DNA of 64,000 nt, taken from contig CAIIXF020000001.1 of the NCBI GenBank assembly GCA_903813345.2, positions 41,602,001 to 41,666,000 of the forward strand. Direction: 5' to 3'. Numbering within the stretch: position 1 is the first letter of the stretch; each line of letters begins with the position of its first letter. Below, piece by piece: positions 12,801 through 25,489 of the stretch. Made by a program: the position numbers and the translations under genes. Origin of the DNA: Owenia fusiformis. Taxonomy: Eukaryota. Below the pieces are notes generated by a model. It was not told the DNA's origin, did no database searches, and saw nothing but the letters and a program-made list of their open reading frames with translations.

Positions 12801-15800
12801 GTATTCTCAAAATATTGATTTTGATTTAACATTTGATTAATATATTGGATTGGTGAATAGGGAAATATGAGATTTTCTGCAGTGTTTACTATTTGTATAC
12901 AATATAAAGCACTTCAGAAACGAAGGATCATTGGGCTTTTTCATGAAATTGAGGAAGTTGAACATTTTACTGTTCAAAGAAGAACAATCAATAATTTTTT
13001 ACTTATAAAGGCCCGAAATGAGGTAATTCACCTTGTTTTGAACTATATCATGTTCAATAGCAAGTGTACATACCGTGAGAATATCGGGTTGTGCAGCAAT
13101 GCAATTGGCCACATTCTCTAAATTATCCACATACTCTTTGGCTGTATTGTAAATGTGGAACCTCCCAAGTGGAGAGAGGGCTGTGTCTTCTGCCCAACAG
13201 CTGAAAGCACATAAACCATACAAATTAATAATCATATTTGGTGGGCTTTTTGATCTTGTTTTGCTATTGTTTTGTACTTGAGTTCCATTTGCATATAAGT
13301 TTAGTAATAAAATTGTTTTGTGATTGGAGGAATTTAGTTATCACTGCTTTTGATTTTGTGGTCTAGTATTGCACTTTTACAGACTTTCATAACCATCATT
13401 GAAATGAGAAGTTGGCCCCAATGTCTAAGATCTGGTTATTAGACAGTAAATGAATATAACACCATAGTCCCTTGTAAATCTCTCTTTATTTTTAGCTATG
13501 CCTCGAGTGACACTGTAAATAGATACAAGTTTTGACATTTGACTCAGGGAGGGAGATATTGTTACTATTGAATGTATTCAATAAAAAAACAAACATTCCT
13601 TTGTCGAGTAATGATTGAGTTTAGCAGATTTGACGTTGTAAATAAATGCAAGTTTTGACATTTAACCAGGGAATGTTATGAAAATTGAACACCCAGGAAT
13701 TAACATTCCTTTGTTAATAGTACGAGCTGATCGATTTTAACAGATTAAGAAATTGTGCAATTTTTGTATATTGGATTATTAATAATCGTAACTGGATTAC
13801 ATCTACCTGAAGTGTAAGATCATTCATAAGATTTCACGCTTCTGATACCAATATTTTCTGCATTGTTTAATCGCCAACAACTAAACTATAATGTTTTAGT
13901 GTGCAATTACATCAGAACAAATTGAGTAAAATGGAATGCAATTCAGGTTGGACTGATCTAGTTGATATTAATTCAGTGCAAAATTGATTATCTTCCAAAA
14001 ATCATATTCACCGCTGACAGTATAAAAGTATGACATATATTTCTTTTTAATGTTCAATAAAATAGTGAAGATTTTGATTGGCATGTTTGAAAGCTTCATC
14101 TAAGTTTTTGAATGATAGTTGTAGCTTAAAGTACTTGGTGCTCTTAAAAGACCCTAAATGATTTCACCAAAGATGATAACAGTCAATGAATGATGTTTTC
14201 CAGTATATCTATCAAAATAATTTGTTCTAGTATTGGATGTATTCAACATGAATGAGGAATGTGTAATTTTAATCAGGTTATTAGGCCAAACTTCTCAGAG
14301 GTTATTTTTCCTGTTTTCTGTGTCAACGTCAATTTTCATCAGTTTAAGTGCAAAAAATTGATTATTGAATTAGACAGGGAAAATCGACATCATTAATATA
14401 CACACAAGAAGATATCCTGTTTTTGGAAAAATGTTTTTTAGGGTTCTTGTAGTAATTAAAGATTATTGCCCCAAGACATTTCTCAGATCCTTTATTGAGA
14501 CAAATGACATGCTGTTTTAAAGGATGAATGTTGTTTAAGATCATACGAGTGATCGACTCTGAAGTATATCTTGCTTGTTTGTGGTAAGCAAGGTCCATTT
14601 GGGGACCCATTTCTAGTGCATTTTAGGTCCTGCTTTCTATTGCACCCTGTGATAACCTGGTCAAGCTATAACTTAACTAAACATCACTAAATCACACTCC
14701 ATAGATTTCAACTTTTACATTCATAAAAATTCAAATCCATATGATATCATTAGTATAAATATTATTCAACTCCAAAGGTACACAATGTGTATAATTTTGA
14801 AAACTGTTTCTGCACTATTTAAATTAAATAATAGGCAAAATTTGGTTTCTACTGCTTATTTATGGATTATATAGCTGGATCTGCCAAGAAAATTTGAATA
14901 CATGGTATTTGATATCAAATCCACACGAAATGGTGTTTGAATATTAGTGTGCACGCAGACATGTTATATTTGGCCAGCTTTTTGGAATGTTGGCGGTTAT
15001 ATTTAGAATTAAGGACCTCAAATCCTCTTGAACTTGGAATAATCTCTGAACCAATATTTATAATTGTCATGTTTCAGTGTTTAGTTAGGTTAAATTCTGG
15101 CAATAGGCCTACCCCATTCCCAAGCTTCATTACACTATTCAACAACACATTCTATTAAAGTAAACAATACTGGGATTGATTCTTTATTATTTTGACTAGT
15201 TTATGTAAGTTAAACCAATATAAGCATATTGTGTACAATTGAGCATTATATTTTTGCAAATACTCGTAGCATAATGAAATACTGACAAATCGATCTCGAC
15301 AGCTTATTGATGTTATTATCGGCTTTCTTTTTTATGTTGAATTGTGCTAGATTTCTGCAAAGAGAAGGAAGGGGAATGCCCCTAATGCCCTTTTGCATAT
15401 GCTAGTATATATATATTAGAAAATAAGTGTTTATTAATATAAGTATATTATGCAATGTCATCCTCATATATGGTGTCAGCAGGATATCCTCTCATGTACC
15501 CATCATTATATAAACATTATCCTAATTTCATAGCATGTGGTCACACAGTGGAATGTTGAGCTAGTTGAACTTGAAAAGTGATAAATTAATAGAACATCAT
15601 TTGATAGTAATGCAATCCTTGCCAATTGTTTCATTTGTTTTGGCTAGGATTACTGCATAATTGTGGATTGCGGTTAGTCAGTCGTATTCTTGCCGTGTGT
15701 TTATAACACAGTCCAAAGTGACATTACTCTCTAACTAGCTCTATGGGTTTATTGTTATGATTTTGTAAGTATATAAGTCAATGTATGCACTGCCTTGTTT

Positions 15801-17990
15801 GGGGGTTTTCTCAAACCCCTTGTTAGTGTCAGGACATATGTACTGATACAAGATAAACAGAGATAACAACCAATCATGTTAATGATGATGATAAGGGGGC
15901 ATCGGGGATGATCTGTCCCTTAGGTCTTTAGAGCTCATTAGTCTAAATGAGAAAGTGATAATCTGGTGATTATTAAGAGATTAGCCATGATACCAAAGAC
16001 GTTTTCAATGTGTATTTCTTTGTAAATTGGAATATTTTGCACTGGAGATTGTTCCCAGGGTTTTGGCCGAGTGCATGTGTCAGTTGCTGTTAATTAATAA
16101 TACTGAGGATTTGATTAACCAATTTAATGGCATTTGAACATAGCTTACCCTGCCAGATAGAAATGTTAAAAAAACTTGACACATAAAATATCAGTGCTTT
16201 TGGTCAGTATTCAAACAAATGTCAAGTCTGAAATTATTAATATTTTCCCATTTTAGTGCAGATATCGATTTAAATAAAATGTAAAGTTATTTTAAGGATA
16301 GTATGCAAAGTAGGCATAAATATATTACCATTATGACCATGGTTGTCAATGTCATTTGATATATTAAATTGTATGTTATCATATTTTGAGGTGGATCGGT
16401 GCTTCAGCAGCCTAGGTTAGGTTGGCACAAGCAACTCAAGTGTTGACAATCAGAGCTATGGCATCTTTATTAATTGACTTGATTTAGACAGCCTTGACAG
16501 TATCAAGTGGCAAATTGAAAAAATACACAAATCTTCCGATAACATCCCAAGCTTATTTCATAGGATAAACTATTGACAATAACACCGGTATATCTTAATT
16601 GAATTGATTAATTGTAGGGGTATCTTGAATGAGCACATTAATAAGAGTAAAGTCCTTGGCATTTTTGCTTTCTGTCCTTAGGAAAATTTCATCTCAATGT
16701 TATTGAGTGCATTTGAATAAAATCCCCAATGCCAGTTGTTGAGGTGGGGGGTGTTATCCCACAGTGTGTAGAGCAATTTCACAAAAGAGGTGTTGTAGGT
16801 TTACTTACAATTTAATTATGTTCAAGTATTGAGCTTTATTGCATTAAATGACTTTGACAGCCCCTAAATACAATCTTATTTAACTATTACACTTTGCGCA
16901 ATTTCTTTAATGATAAACTGATTTAGAGGTTTATTAAGACCTAATGAAGGATTTATGTTACATTGAGAAAATCATTGCATGTGGTCATGTGTGGACGCCA
17001 ACCTAACTTGAGGGGGGAGGTGATCAGCAGATCATCCTCAATCCAATATCATAAATTCTAAAGAAATACAAAGTACTATCTATTTATATCAAACACTATG
17101 TTATGTATAGCTTAACCCGGTTGTGTGCTTTTTACACCTTTATAATGCAAACTACAAAGTAAAACACTTCCTGAAGCTAAGCACCTGTTATTAATGTGTC
17201 TATTAAACTAGTAAATCCGGCTAGTGGTTGTTCCTCAATACTTCAAAAATACATTATATTTCCCCATTCTTGCCTTTATTTATTTAATACAGTTACAATC
17301 CAATTACTAAAGATAAACCTATGTAGCCCCATGCAGTGGTCAAGAAAATGTCCCTGGCTCAAAATACACAATTTTGATTTTTGCAAAAAATGTTTTTTAT
17401 ATATATTATTAATTTTGATATTTATTTATCCAAAATCTGTGGTTTATTTTTATGTCTGTGTTTTTGAAAAAATGAAATATTTTTTTGTTATTGTTTTCAG
17501 TTAAAGGAATGCAATAAATTCATTTTCATATAGCTTAATAGCCAACCTCCATTCACCTGTCATTATATATTATTTTCAAAAAACATTTTTATTTTTACAA
17601 ATTAAAATTGCTGTCATGCAACTTAGTTAAGTATGTGAACAAAACATCAACAGCTAACTGAGCAATGTGCATGTCAACACAAACAAAAAAGCCATTCATC
17701 ATAATTATACAGGAAATGCATATCAATTGAATGTCAAAAAATGTAAACAATGAAAAAATTATTAAAGAAATTATTCCTTACTTCATATTCATATACATGG
17801 CATCGGTCCAGTTGTAGACATCTCCATGTTTCTTTGCAGTCTCCTCAATTCTCTTTCCAAGTTTTTCAATTTTTTCTTCTGTCAAATTGAAACATTTTTT
17901 CTGAGTACAATACTCTATCAGCTGGCAAATTGTATTAATAATGACTGTTATTGCTCTAATGAGGAATTCTAGAGGCTTAGAGTATGCCAT
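9311..17990 (-). CDS. Sulfotransferase (Sulfotransfer_3 / bacterial Stf-like P-loop family), 428 aa: complement(join(9311..9849,10185..10415,11942..12122,13074..13200,17782..17990))
   Basis: All four introns are GT-AG with matching phases (2,0,1,1); 1287 nt total. 5'-PSB loop RPIFITGHMRTGSTLLLNLLTCDP, central DSEECC and RKDSLH motifs, 3'-PB-like VNTVRRPETITPS, C-terminal DVMYDDLIKDP and HGKHIYSLQEYGL typical of this family. Confidence 0.9.
10185..10415 (-). CDS. Sulfotransferase exon 4
   Basis: ttctag acceptor, G|gtaag donor; FMEALVPEIRKQHQVEATDSEECC...QLLAYHQ. Confidence 0.9.
11942..12122 (-). CDS. Sulfotransferase exon 3 (PAPS 5'-phosphosulfate-binding loop)
   Basis: ttttcag acceptor, gtaagt donor; VPLKRPIFITGHMRTGSTLL... 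Confidence 0.92.
13074..13200 (-). CDS. Sulfotransferase exon 2
   Basis: ctttcag acceptor, gtatgt donor; CWAEDTALSPLGRF...QPDILT. Confidence 0.85.
17782..17990 (-). CDS. Sulfotransferase exon 1 (ATG at 17990)
   Basis: MAYSKPLEFLIRAITVIINTICQL...AMYMNM; gtaagg donor at 17781; phase 2 matches exon 2. Confidence 0.8.
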
Positions 17991-18042
17991 AGTGTTGTCT
18001 TCCCTCCAGTGCTTATGGTCTTTACTCACCGAGAATTAATTG

Positions 18043-18116
18043 AAAAGTGAAGTTAGAGGGTTGTAATTTGTTTATATACCCTTGTGAGTTGTAATGCAAA
18101 TCTTGGCTTACATTGG
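18043..18116 (-). promoter_or_regulatory. Core promoter of the sulfotransferase: CCAAT (18112-18116), TATATAAA (18071-18078), Inr TCACTTT (A at 18048)
   Basis: The TATA start lies 30 nt upstream of the Inr adenine and the Inr 58 nt upstream of the ATG, a canonical Pol II spacing. Confidence 0.65.
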
Positions 18117-21100
18117 TATTTATTTAAATATACTTGAATGCACTTGGCTCAACCTCTCTTTGGCCTCTTGGCTCTGTGAAGTAGCTATTTGTAAGTACTA
18201 CTCAGTGCTCAGTTACTGGAGTGAGTAGATCTCTAGCATCATTGGTTGGCTACTGCGTACTGTGGCGGGAGAAATCAGGCATGCATGTATGTCACACAGT
18301 GCACCCAGGATTTTCAACATTCCTGGGGGTGCCAAACATGCCAACACAATATTACTAGCATCATTTCAATGATAGGCTATTTTGGTAACGTAATAAATTA
18401 ATTTAGTAGGAAGTTCGCCTGTTATATTTAGCGATGTTTAACTCCTTTTTAGAACAGATTGTTTACTAAAGCCTACTAAAGAAGTGATTTATTATATTGT
18501 TGCTGAATCCATTGCTCCCATTGACAGGTTGTCTTTTTGCGGCTTTTTATTCGTTAAGAGATACTAGTTTATCACCCGCAGTACAAATATGTTGACCTTC
18601 TATGGAGGGTGACTTAATGACCTGACACTTTAAGTAGCCATTTTATATAATGTTTAATTTGTATTTTAATTGACTATACATAGGTTTATTCTTCAATGGG
18701 TTGTTACTGTGGAGTAGTTTGCACCTGAGAGATAGATGTAGTGACTTAAGGAGTCAGGTATTCATTGATAACTTTGACACTCTACTACTAATTTAGCATT
18801 AATAAGCTCTCGTACAAAACACCGACTTACACCTTTAATAACACATAGTAATTAATAATGAATACTTAGTGGTTTTTGCTCAATTTATTATTTATAAAGT
18901 AAAGTTATCTTGTAATTGATTCAGTATTTTGGCTTATAAGAGCGTCAAAGTTCTTATAGCCAATCACTCAAAAGTTACACACATAAAAAACTGAAAAGGA
19001 AAATATAACGACCATAATACAAAGGCTGACAGTTTCATTATGATAATAGAAATAATCAAGAAAGGCACTGGATGCCCCGTGATTTTAAATTCTTTTATTG
19101 TTGATTTATCCTATTTTTAACTCCCAAAGTGTATTTAGGAATCATTTTCTCATGAAAGTCATTAGGATGGGATTGTTTGAAAAGACTATTGGTGTGAATT
19201 TCGGCAAATCACTTTTTGGCTGTCAAGTCAGGTAGAATAATGACGTGCTGCGTATCGGGAAATAAAAAAGATCAACTTATCTTTGAAATTTAATGATTTT
19301 AAGAAGAATTGAGAGTTGAATGATACCATTGTTGGCATTATTAATTTAGTTCAATTTGTCATTCATATATTCCCAGGGCTGTAAAAGTTTAACAAGCGCT
19401 ACACAAACAAGTGTTTGAATGCATTCTTGACAAGTGCATGCTTTTCTTTATATAGCTTTTCTATGCACTTATCTGACTCCTTTATTTTTGCTGCGCATAT
19501 AAAGTCTAAAACATCTGTCATTGGTTCATTTTTGGGTTTTCCAAATGTAAGAGTTGTTGGAATTGTAATTTTAGATGTAGATAGGTGAACCCAAGGTCGG
19601 GTAGAGTTAGTGAGTGTGTATAGTGAACCTAAATGACATGCCATGGTCAAATACAAGCATCAGGCATGGGGTGGATCAATCTCCGTTTCTCTAGGCCAGC
19701 TATTGTAACCATTCCTTCAGATAAAACTCACAAATTATTCCCTCAATCTTTGGGAATTGTTTTAATTTGATCATCAACAGGTGGGTCAAGGTGCACCAAA
19801 CAGGTTGTTGTTGTCACATAGGTGTGTATGTACCTGACACGTGACATACTGTTACATGTGACAGCATACATGTTAATATACCTCAGTTGCTGGTTGTTTC
19901 TGGACACGCTGTTTGAACATATAAAGGCCAAAGCAGGCCTTTGCTCTTTGCCTTTGATGTATATAACTTCAAAGAAAAAAGCATATCTTTTGTCTTTGAT
20001 AAGTCAAGGATCAAAGTATAGAATAAATACTTGTTTTTGTCTTTGATACCTTAAACTTCAAAGCAAAAATGAGCATGCCTATGGTATGCATCTGCCAGTA
20101 GATATTTTGGTGGGTAGGGGAAGAAAGGAGAATAAGCATTTCATATTGGTCATTGTCTGTGTAATTAGCTTCACTAATTCTTTCATCTACAGTATATGTT
20201 CAAGAACATGTGCTTATTTGTGTCCCTCACCCTAGAACATGCGTGTTACCACAGCACATTGAGCTCTGAACAGCTTCACAAAATCCAGCTTTAGTACCCA
20301 CTCGTGTGATTACAATCGGGGAATTTTACTTATTTTCGTTTTATTTCCAGATAAATTTAGCCACTTGTAATTTGGAAGTTATAAGTTATCCATTTAATAC
20401 AAAATTAGAATTATTCTAGATAAAAAAAGCAAAGATGCATGAGATGAGGAAGTCAGTGTGCCATAAATATGACATATTGGAATGCCTAGTTTCTCAGGCT
20501 TTACATATAATTGCGCTTTGGTGGTTCAAGAGCTACTCCCACACAAAGACTTATCATCATTAAAAGATTCATTACCAAGGCCTGAACTGATAATTTCTCA
20601 CAGTAGTTTCACAAAAAAATGACAGCTTTCTATGACTCCTGTCACTGTTTACTCTTTTGAAAAGGATTGTTTGCAAGTTTAGACTGTGACGAATCATAGA
20701 ATATGACGTATGTATCATTGAATAGGGTGTGATTTGTTATTTGTGTTGATATTTAGTTACCCTCAGTGTCATTTAGTGCTGTATGTATATGATAAAAACT
20801 TCTGTGACTGTGTTTGTTTATTCTTTAATAAAGGATCGTAAGCTAGACACGTCAGAGACAAAGTATTATGCACTTTAAAACAGACAATCCTTACTATCTT
20901 GCCTTGAAAAGGTAGGTACCCGATATGTCATTTGGTACTTACAGTATTTCATAATTCTAGAAGTCTGCGGTAACTTTTTTCATTAATTCGTTCTTTTCAA
21001 CCCTGTCAGCTCCGAGTAACATGCTACACTGCGATGTTTACTTACGAAAATGTCATCTGGTGCTTATGATCTATTTCTTTAACTCGGTGAACTAGAGCAA

Positions 21101-23651
21101 GTACAATATTATTTTGGGATATCATTTCATAATTTACACATATTTGTGTCTGAGGTTTAATTCTGAATTGACTTGATACTCTTGAATTCCTCGAATGCTT
21201 GTATCTCTGTGGTAGACTGGTTCAAACTTTTGGAACACTGCCAGTAATAAGTTTGTTATAGGTGATCATGAACTTGAAAATTACTCTTGTAACAAAGTTT
21301 ATAGATTCGAAGTGATATACATGATATATGCCACACTTAAGCTTGATACTACAGACATTTGCAATAAACATATCACTGCTCTAGTATAGAATTGCACTCA
21401 AAACCACTTTTTCATAATTTTACAGGTTTGAAATTGTTTTAAAAGTAATATTTAGTACTATCAATCATGAGTAAGTGACCCTTGTAATGTTGAGAACTAT
21501 ATGATTGCTTCTTTGTCTAGGGCCAACATACAGGTAGCAGTATTTACTATTAAACGTGCAGGGGTTTTTCACATGTTCCATTTCAAACTTGCCTTGTACC
21601 GAACTTGCCTTGTACTGAAAAAATGTAAAATATTCAAACTATGCCAGCTTAGTGCAGTGCCTGATAATGAAATCGTAGGGTTACATGGTTATTTCATTGG
21701 ATTATACAATTCAAGTTAATTACCTTATGCTGGCTAGTGGATAGCGTGTCTAGTAGAATATGTTATAAATAAAATGCCACAGATGTCTATTATCGCACAT
21801 AAACAAACTAGTGTCACTTTCGTTATTTCCACTGATTGGCCAGTTGTCACCTTCCCGGCATAGATGCCCCTTGTTCATTCACTTGATTAAGTATTTGGCA
21901 TTTACTAATTCTTCAAATGAATTAAGATTGGCAGGATCTGTCTGTCAGTCTGTCTGTCTGTCCAGGCAATGAATTAAAAACAAATGAGTTCTGAATTTCT
22001 GAATTTTTGAATAGGAATGATTTTATTCTTCAGTTCAGTTGAAATGTGTTCTGTTATACATACATATATTTCAAAATGAATTAATTCAATTTGAAAAATT
22101 CTAATTAGTTCATTACTCAATTCATATGGATCATGCGGGATCTCTATAACATTATCATTATTGTGTCAAATCAGGTTTTGGTATGCAATATATGTTCATA
22201 TATAATAGTCGTATCATTACTGTCAGTGTCAGGTCCATTTTCACCTAATTATAACTCTAGGAATATGGTGCAGTTGGGGCGGTCAGTCACTTTTTGGCCA
22301 AAGGTCATTGTTTGAATTTAGATACAAGTATGACAGCAATGATAAAACCTAATGTAGGCTTCAACCTGACCCCCTCCTCTCTTTTTGTTTTCTTAATTTT
22401 GATTAAGGATATGCCTCAGTATAATCTACTCAAATTTGATTTGCAGCACTTATGTATTAATACATATATGTTAATTAACGTGTTCAATTCAAGGACCTTC
22501 ACCTATTTTTGTATGGCAGTGAGTGCAAATGGTTCATATATAGGTAGAGTAAGGTTGAGGACTGACCTCCTTCAGCTGACAACAAATCAAAACATCAGTT
22601 TTTAATTGATCATCTCAGATTACACAGATATATATGATATTACATGTGATATATCATCGAAAAGTATATATCATTTTGAAGGTGTGTAACTGTCATCTCA
22701 GTATTGGTGAGTCCTGTCTTAAAATCTTGGATGAAGTTATCTTTTCAATTCTCTGACACTTTGAGGTTTGGTAAAATGTGGATGCATTTGGAAGTCACTA
22801 AATTTTAGGTTATTGTTATTCTATTGTCAAAAGCTTGCAGGATTTTCAGATAAACCACTGCTTGTACATTGTACCATGAAGTTCTATTTTACCATAGGTC
22901 TAAAATTATTGACTTGATTTGCGTTTTCAAATTATTCAAGATAGCATGAACTCTTACAATATTTTAAAACATCCAAACATCATTTTTGGCTCATTTGAAA
23001 ATGACCATCACTCATTGTCCAAAGATTACCATGGTACAGGCAGCCCATTCATGGTGTTGAATTTTGGTAAAGAATGGTTGTATTGATTTGAAAGGGATAT
23101 CATATGTTATGACCATGTCTATTGTTCTATTTTTGTAGCATTTTGTTTCTAGTGTTCAAAAAATAAACCAGGAGAATGTCAGTAAAATAAAAATCGTCTA
23201 GTTCGGATTTCAGTGAAAAGATGGTAGTTTTGTAGTGCTTTTTACATCTTACATTGGAAATATGTTGCCTATAGAGGTGCATTATTTCTCAAATCTAGCA
23301 AAATGATTTCTCAAATCTCTTCCCATGGAATCACCAAAAGAACACCATGAAGTCCTATGTGAAACTTGTTACCTTGCACCGGAAGATGAACAATGTGACG
23401 AACAAAAAATGAATTTCTGCAAGATTCATTTTAAAAGTGACAATGCATTTTCAGTTTTCATCTTTGATTCCAAAATATTATTTATTTGTCCATATCATTC
23501 AACTGCAGAGATGATGAACATTTTATGACATTCTATTTTGGGCTTCTGCATTTAAAGTTTGGTGAACTTGTTGGCTGCACCACATTTACTGCACATAGAT
23601 CTACATTTATAAAAGTGCAATAACATCAAAAGTGGAGCACTTGGTTTTTAA

Positions 23652-25129
23652 TTATCCCATCGAACGAAGTTCGGAGGGATATAGGGAACGCCTCCGTCCG
23701 TCCGTCCGTCCGTACGTACGTCCGTCCGTACGTACATCCGTCCGTACGTACGTCCGTCCGTCCGTCTGTCCGTCCGTCCGGGCAATAACTCAAATACCGT
23801 TGGACCGATTTTGTTCATATTTTGTACACATATACCCTATGGAGGTAGAAGTTCTGCTCGAAAGCCCAAAATGGGCGCTCATTTCAAAATGGCGGCCATT
23901 TTAGTGACGATTTTACAGTAATTTAGGTGCAATATGTAAAACTGTAATAGCAATATGTTTTAAATGTAAAAAAATTATAAAAGACATTAATAATGCTACA
24001 AATGTAGATAATAAAGAAGCCAATGGCAGCCATCTTGAAAAATGGCGGCCTTTACTCGTCATTTTTACGATTTTGGCTGTAACTCAAAAAATAGTGGAGC
24101 GATTTTGTTCATATTTGGTATGTGAATACTATAAGCATTGCACACTGCCTTAAGACACTTTTGGTAGAAGGCGGCCATTTTTAAAAATGGCCGCCATTTT
24201 AACACATTTTACTATAACTCCAAAAGTAGTGGAGCGAATTTTGTTCATATTTGGTATATAAATACTATAAGCATGGCACACTGTCCTATGACACTTTTGG
24301 TTGAAGGCGGCCATTTTGAAAAATGGCCGCCATTTTAACACATTTTACTATAACTCGAAAAGTAGTGGAGCGATTTTGTTCATATTTGGTATGTGAATAC
24401 TGTAAGCATGGCACACTGTCCTATGACACTTTTGGTAGAAGGTGGCCATTTTGAAAAAAAATTTGAAAATGGCCGCCATTTTAAAATATTTTACTATAAC
24501 TCGAAAAGTAGTGGAGCGATTTTGTTCATATTTGGTATGTGAATTCTATAAGCATGGCACACTGTCCTATGACACTTTTGGTAGAAGGCGGCCATTTTGA
24601 AAACAATTTTGAAAAATGGCCGCCATTTTAACGTATTTTACTATAACTCGAAAAGTAGTAGAGCGATTTTGTTCATATTTGGTATGTGAATACTATATGC
24701 ATGGCACAATGTCTATTTCTAATGACGCTTTTGGTAGAAGGTGGCCATTTTAAAAATGGCCGCCATTTTAACGTATTTTACTGTAACTCGAAAAGTAGTG
24801 GAGCGATTTTGTTAATATTTGACATGTGAATACTTTAAGCCTGGCACATTGTCTAATAAAACTTTGGGGAGTAGTCGGCCATTTTGAAAAATGGCCACCA
24901 TTTTTATGTGTGTTATTTTACAAGTACGTGTGCGATTTTTCAAAAATTTTAGAGGTGGCTAATTAAAAGCATATTATTTCTTCTGATGACAACTTGGCTA
25001 GTGAGCAACCATTTTGAAAATGGTGGCCTTTCTGGTGTGTTGTTTTATGATATTTGCGCTTCGTTTGTAAAAATGCCAGCCATTTCTGTTCGATGGGATT
25101 CGCTACGCTTTGGCGTTGCCGTTGTTCTG
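23652..25129 (+). mobile_element. Helentron-associated / DINE-1 / pearl-like non-autonomous element (HINE family A) with internal tandem array
   Basis: 5' subTIR ATCCCATCGAAC (23654) with adjacent partial IR, (CCGT)n microsatellite 23694-23780, internal 135-147-bp tandem repeats, 3' subTIR GTTCGATGGGAT (25088-25099) followed by hairpin GCTACGC-TTTG-GCGTTGC. Confidence 0.85.
24030..24905. repeat. Tandem array of about 135-147-bp monomers (about 6 copies) inside the HINE, each with palindrome GGCGGCCATTTT..AAAATGGCCGCC
   Basis: ATGGCC anchors at 24187, 24323, 24469, 24616, 24756, 24891. Confidence 0.9.
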
Positions 25130-25489
25130 GTTTACTAACAAAATATTATGAACAAAACAATCCCACATAAGTTTATATAACCCTACGTGCTGAACTTATG
25201 TTTTAGAGTATGTTGTGCACTGTTTTGAAGTGATTTATCTGCAAGGCATCTGAATTCAACAAACATTACTTCAATAAGATAAACATTATTCAAGAATAGC
25301 CATATAGAATGTTAATTTGCTTTACTGAATTGCCTTAAATGAACTGCATAGGAAATAGTGATGTAAAAATAATATTCTGGAATAATTGTCTTTTGAAGAG
25401 ACATTGTCCAGGTTTTTCAGAAGTTAAAAATATTCGATAGCAAAGTAGACCTAAGTGGTTAAACCAAGGGCAAGCATATTCATGAAAGA

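Noticed and set aside
23632..23904. RPSV-repeat ORF (also 49223-49417)
   Set aside because: Translation of the HINE (CCGT)n microsatellite
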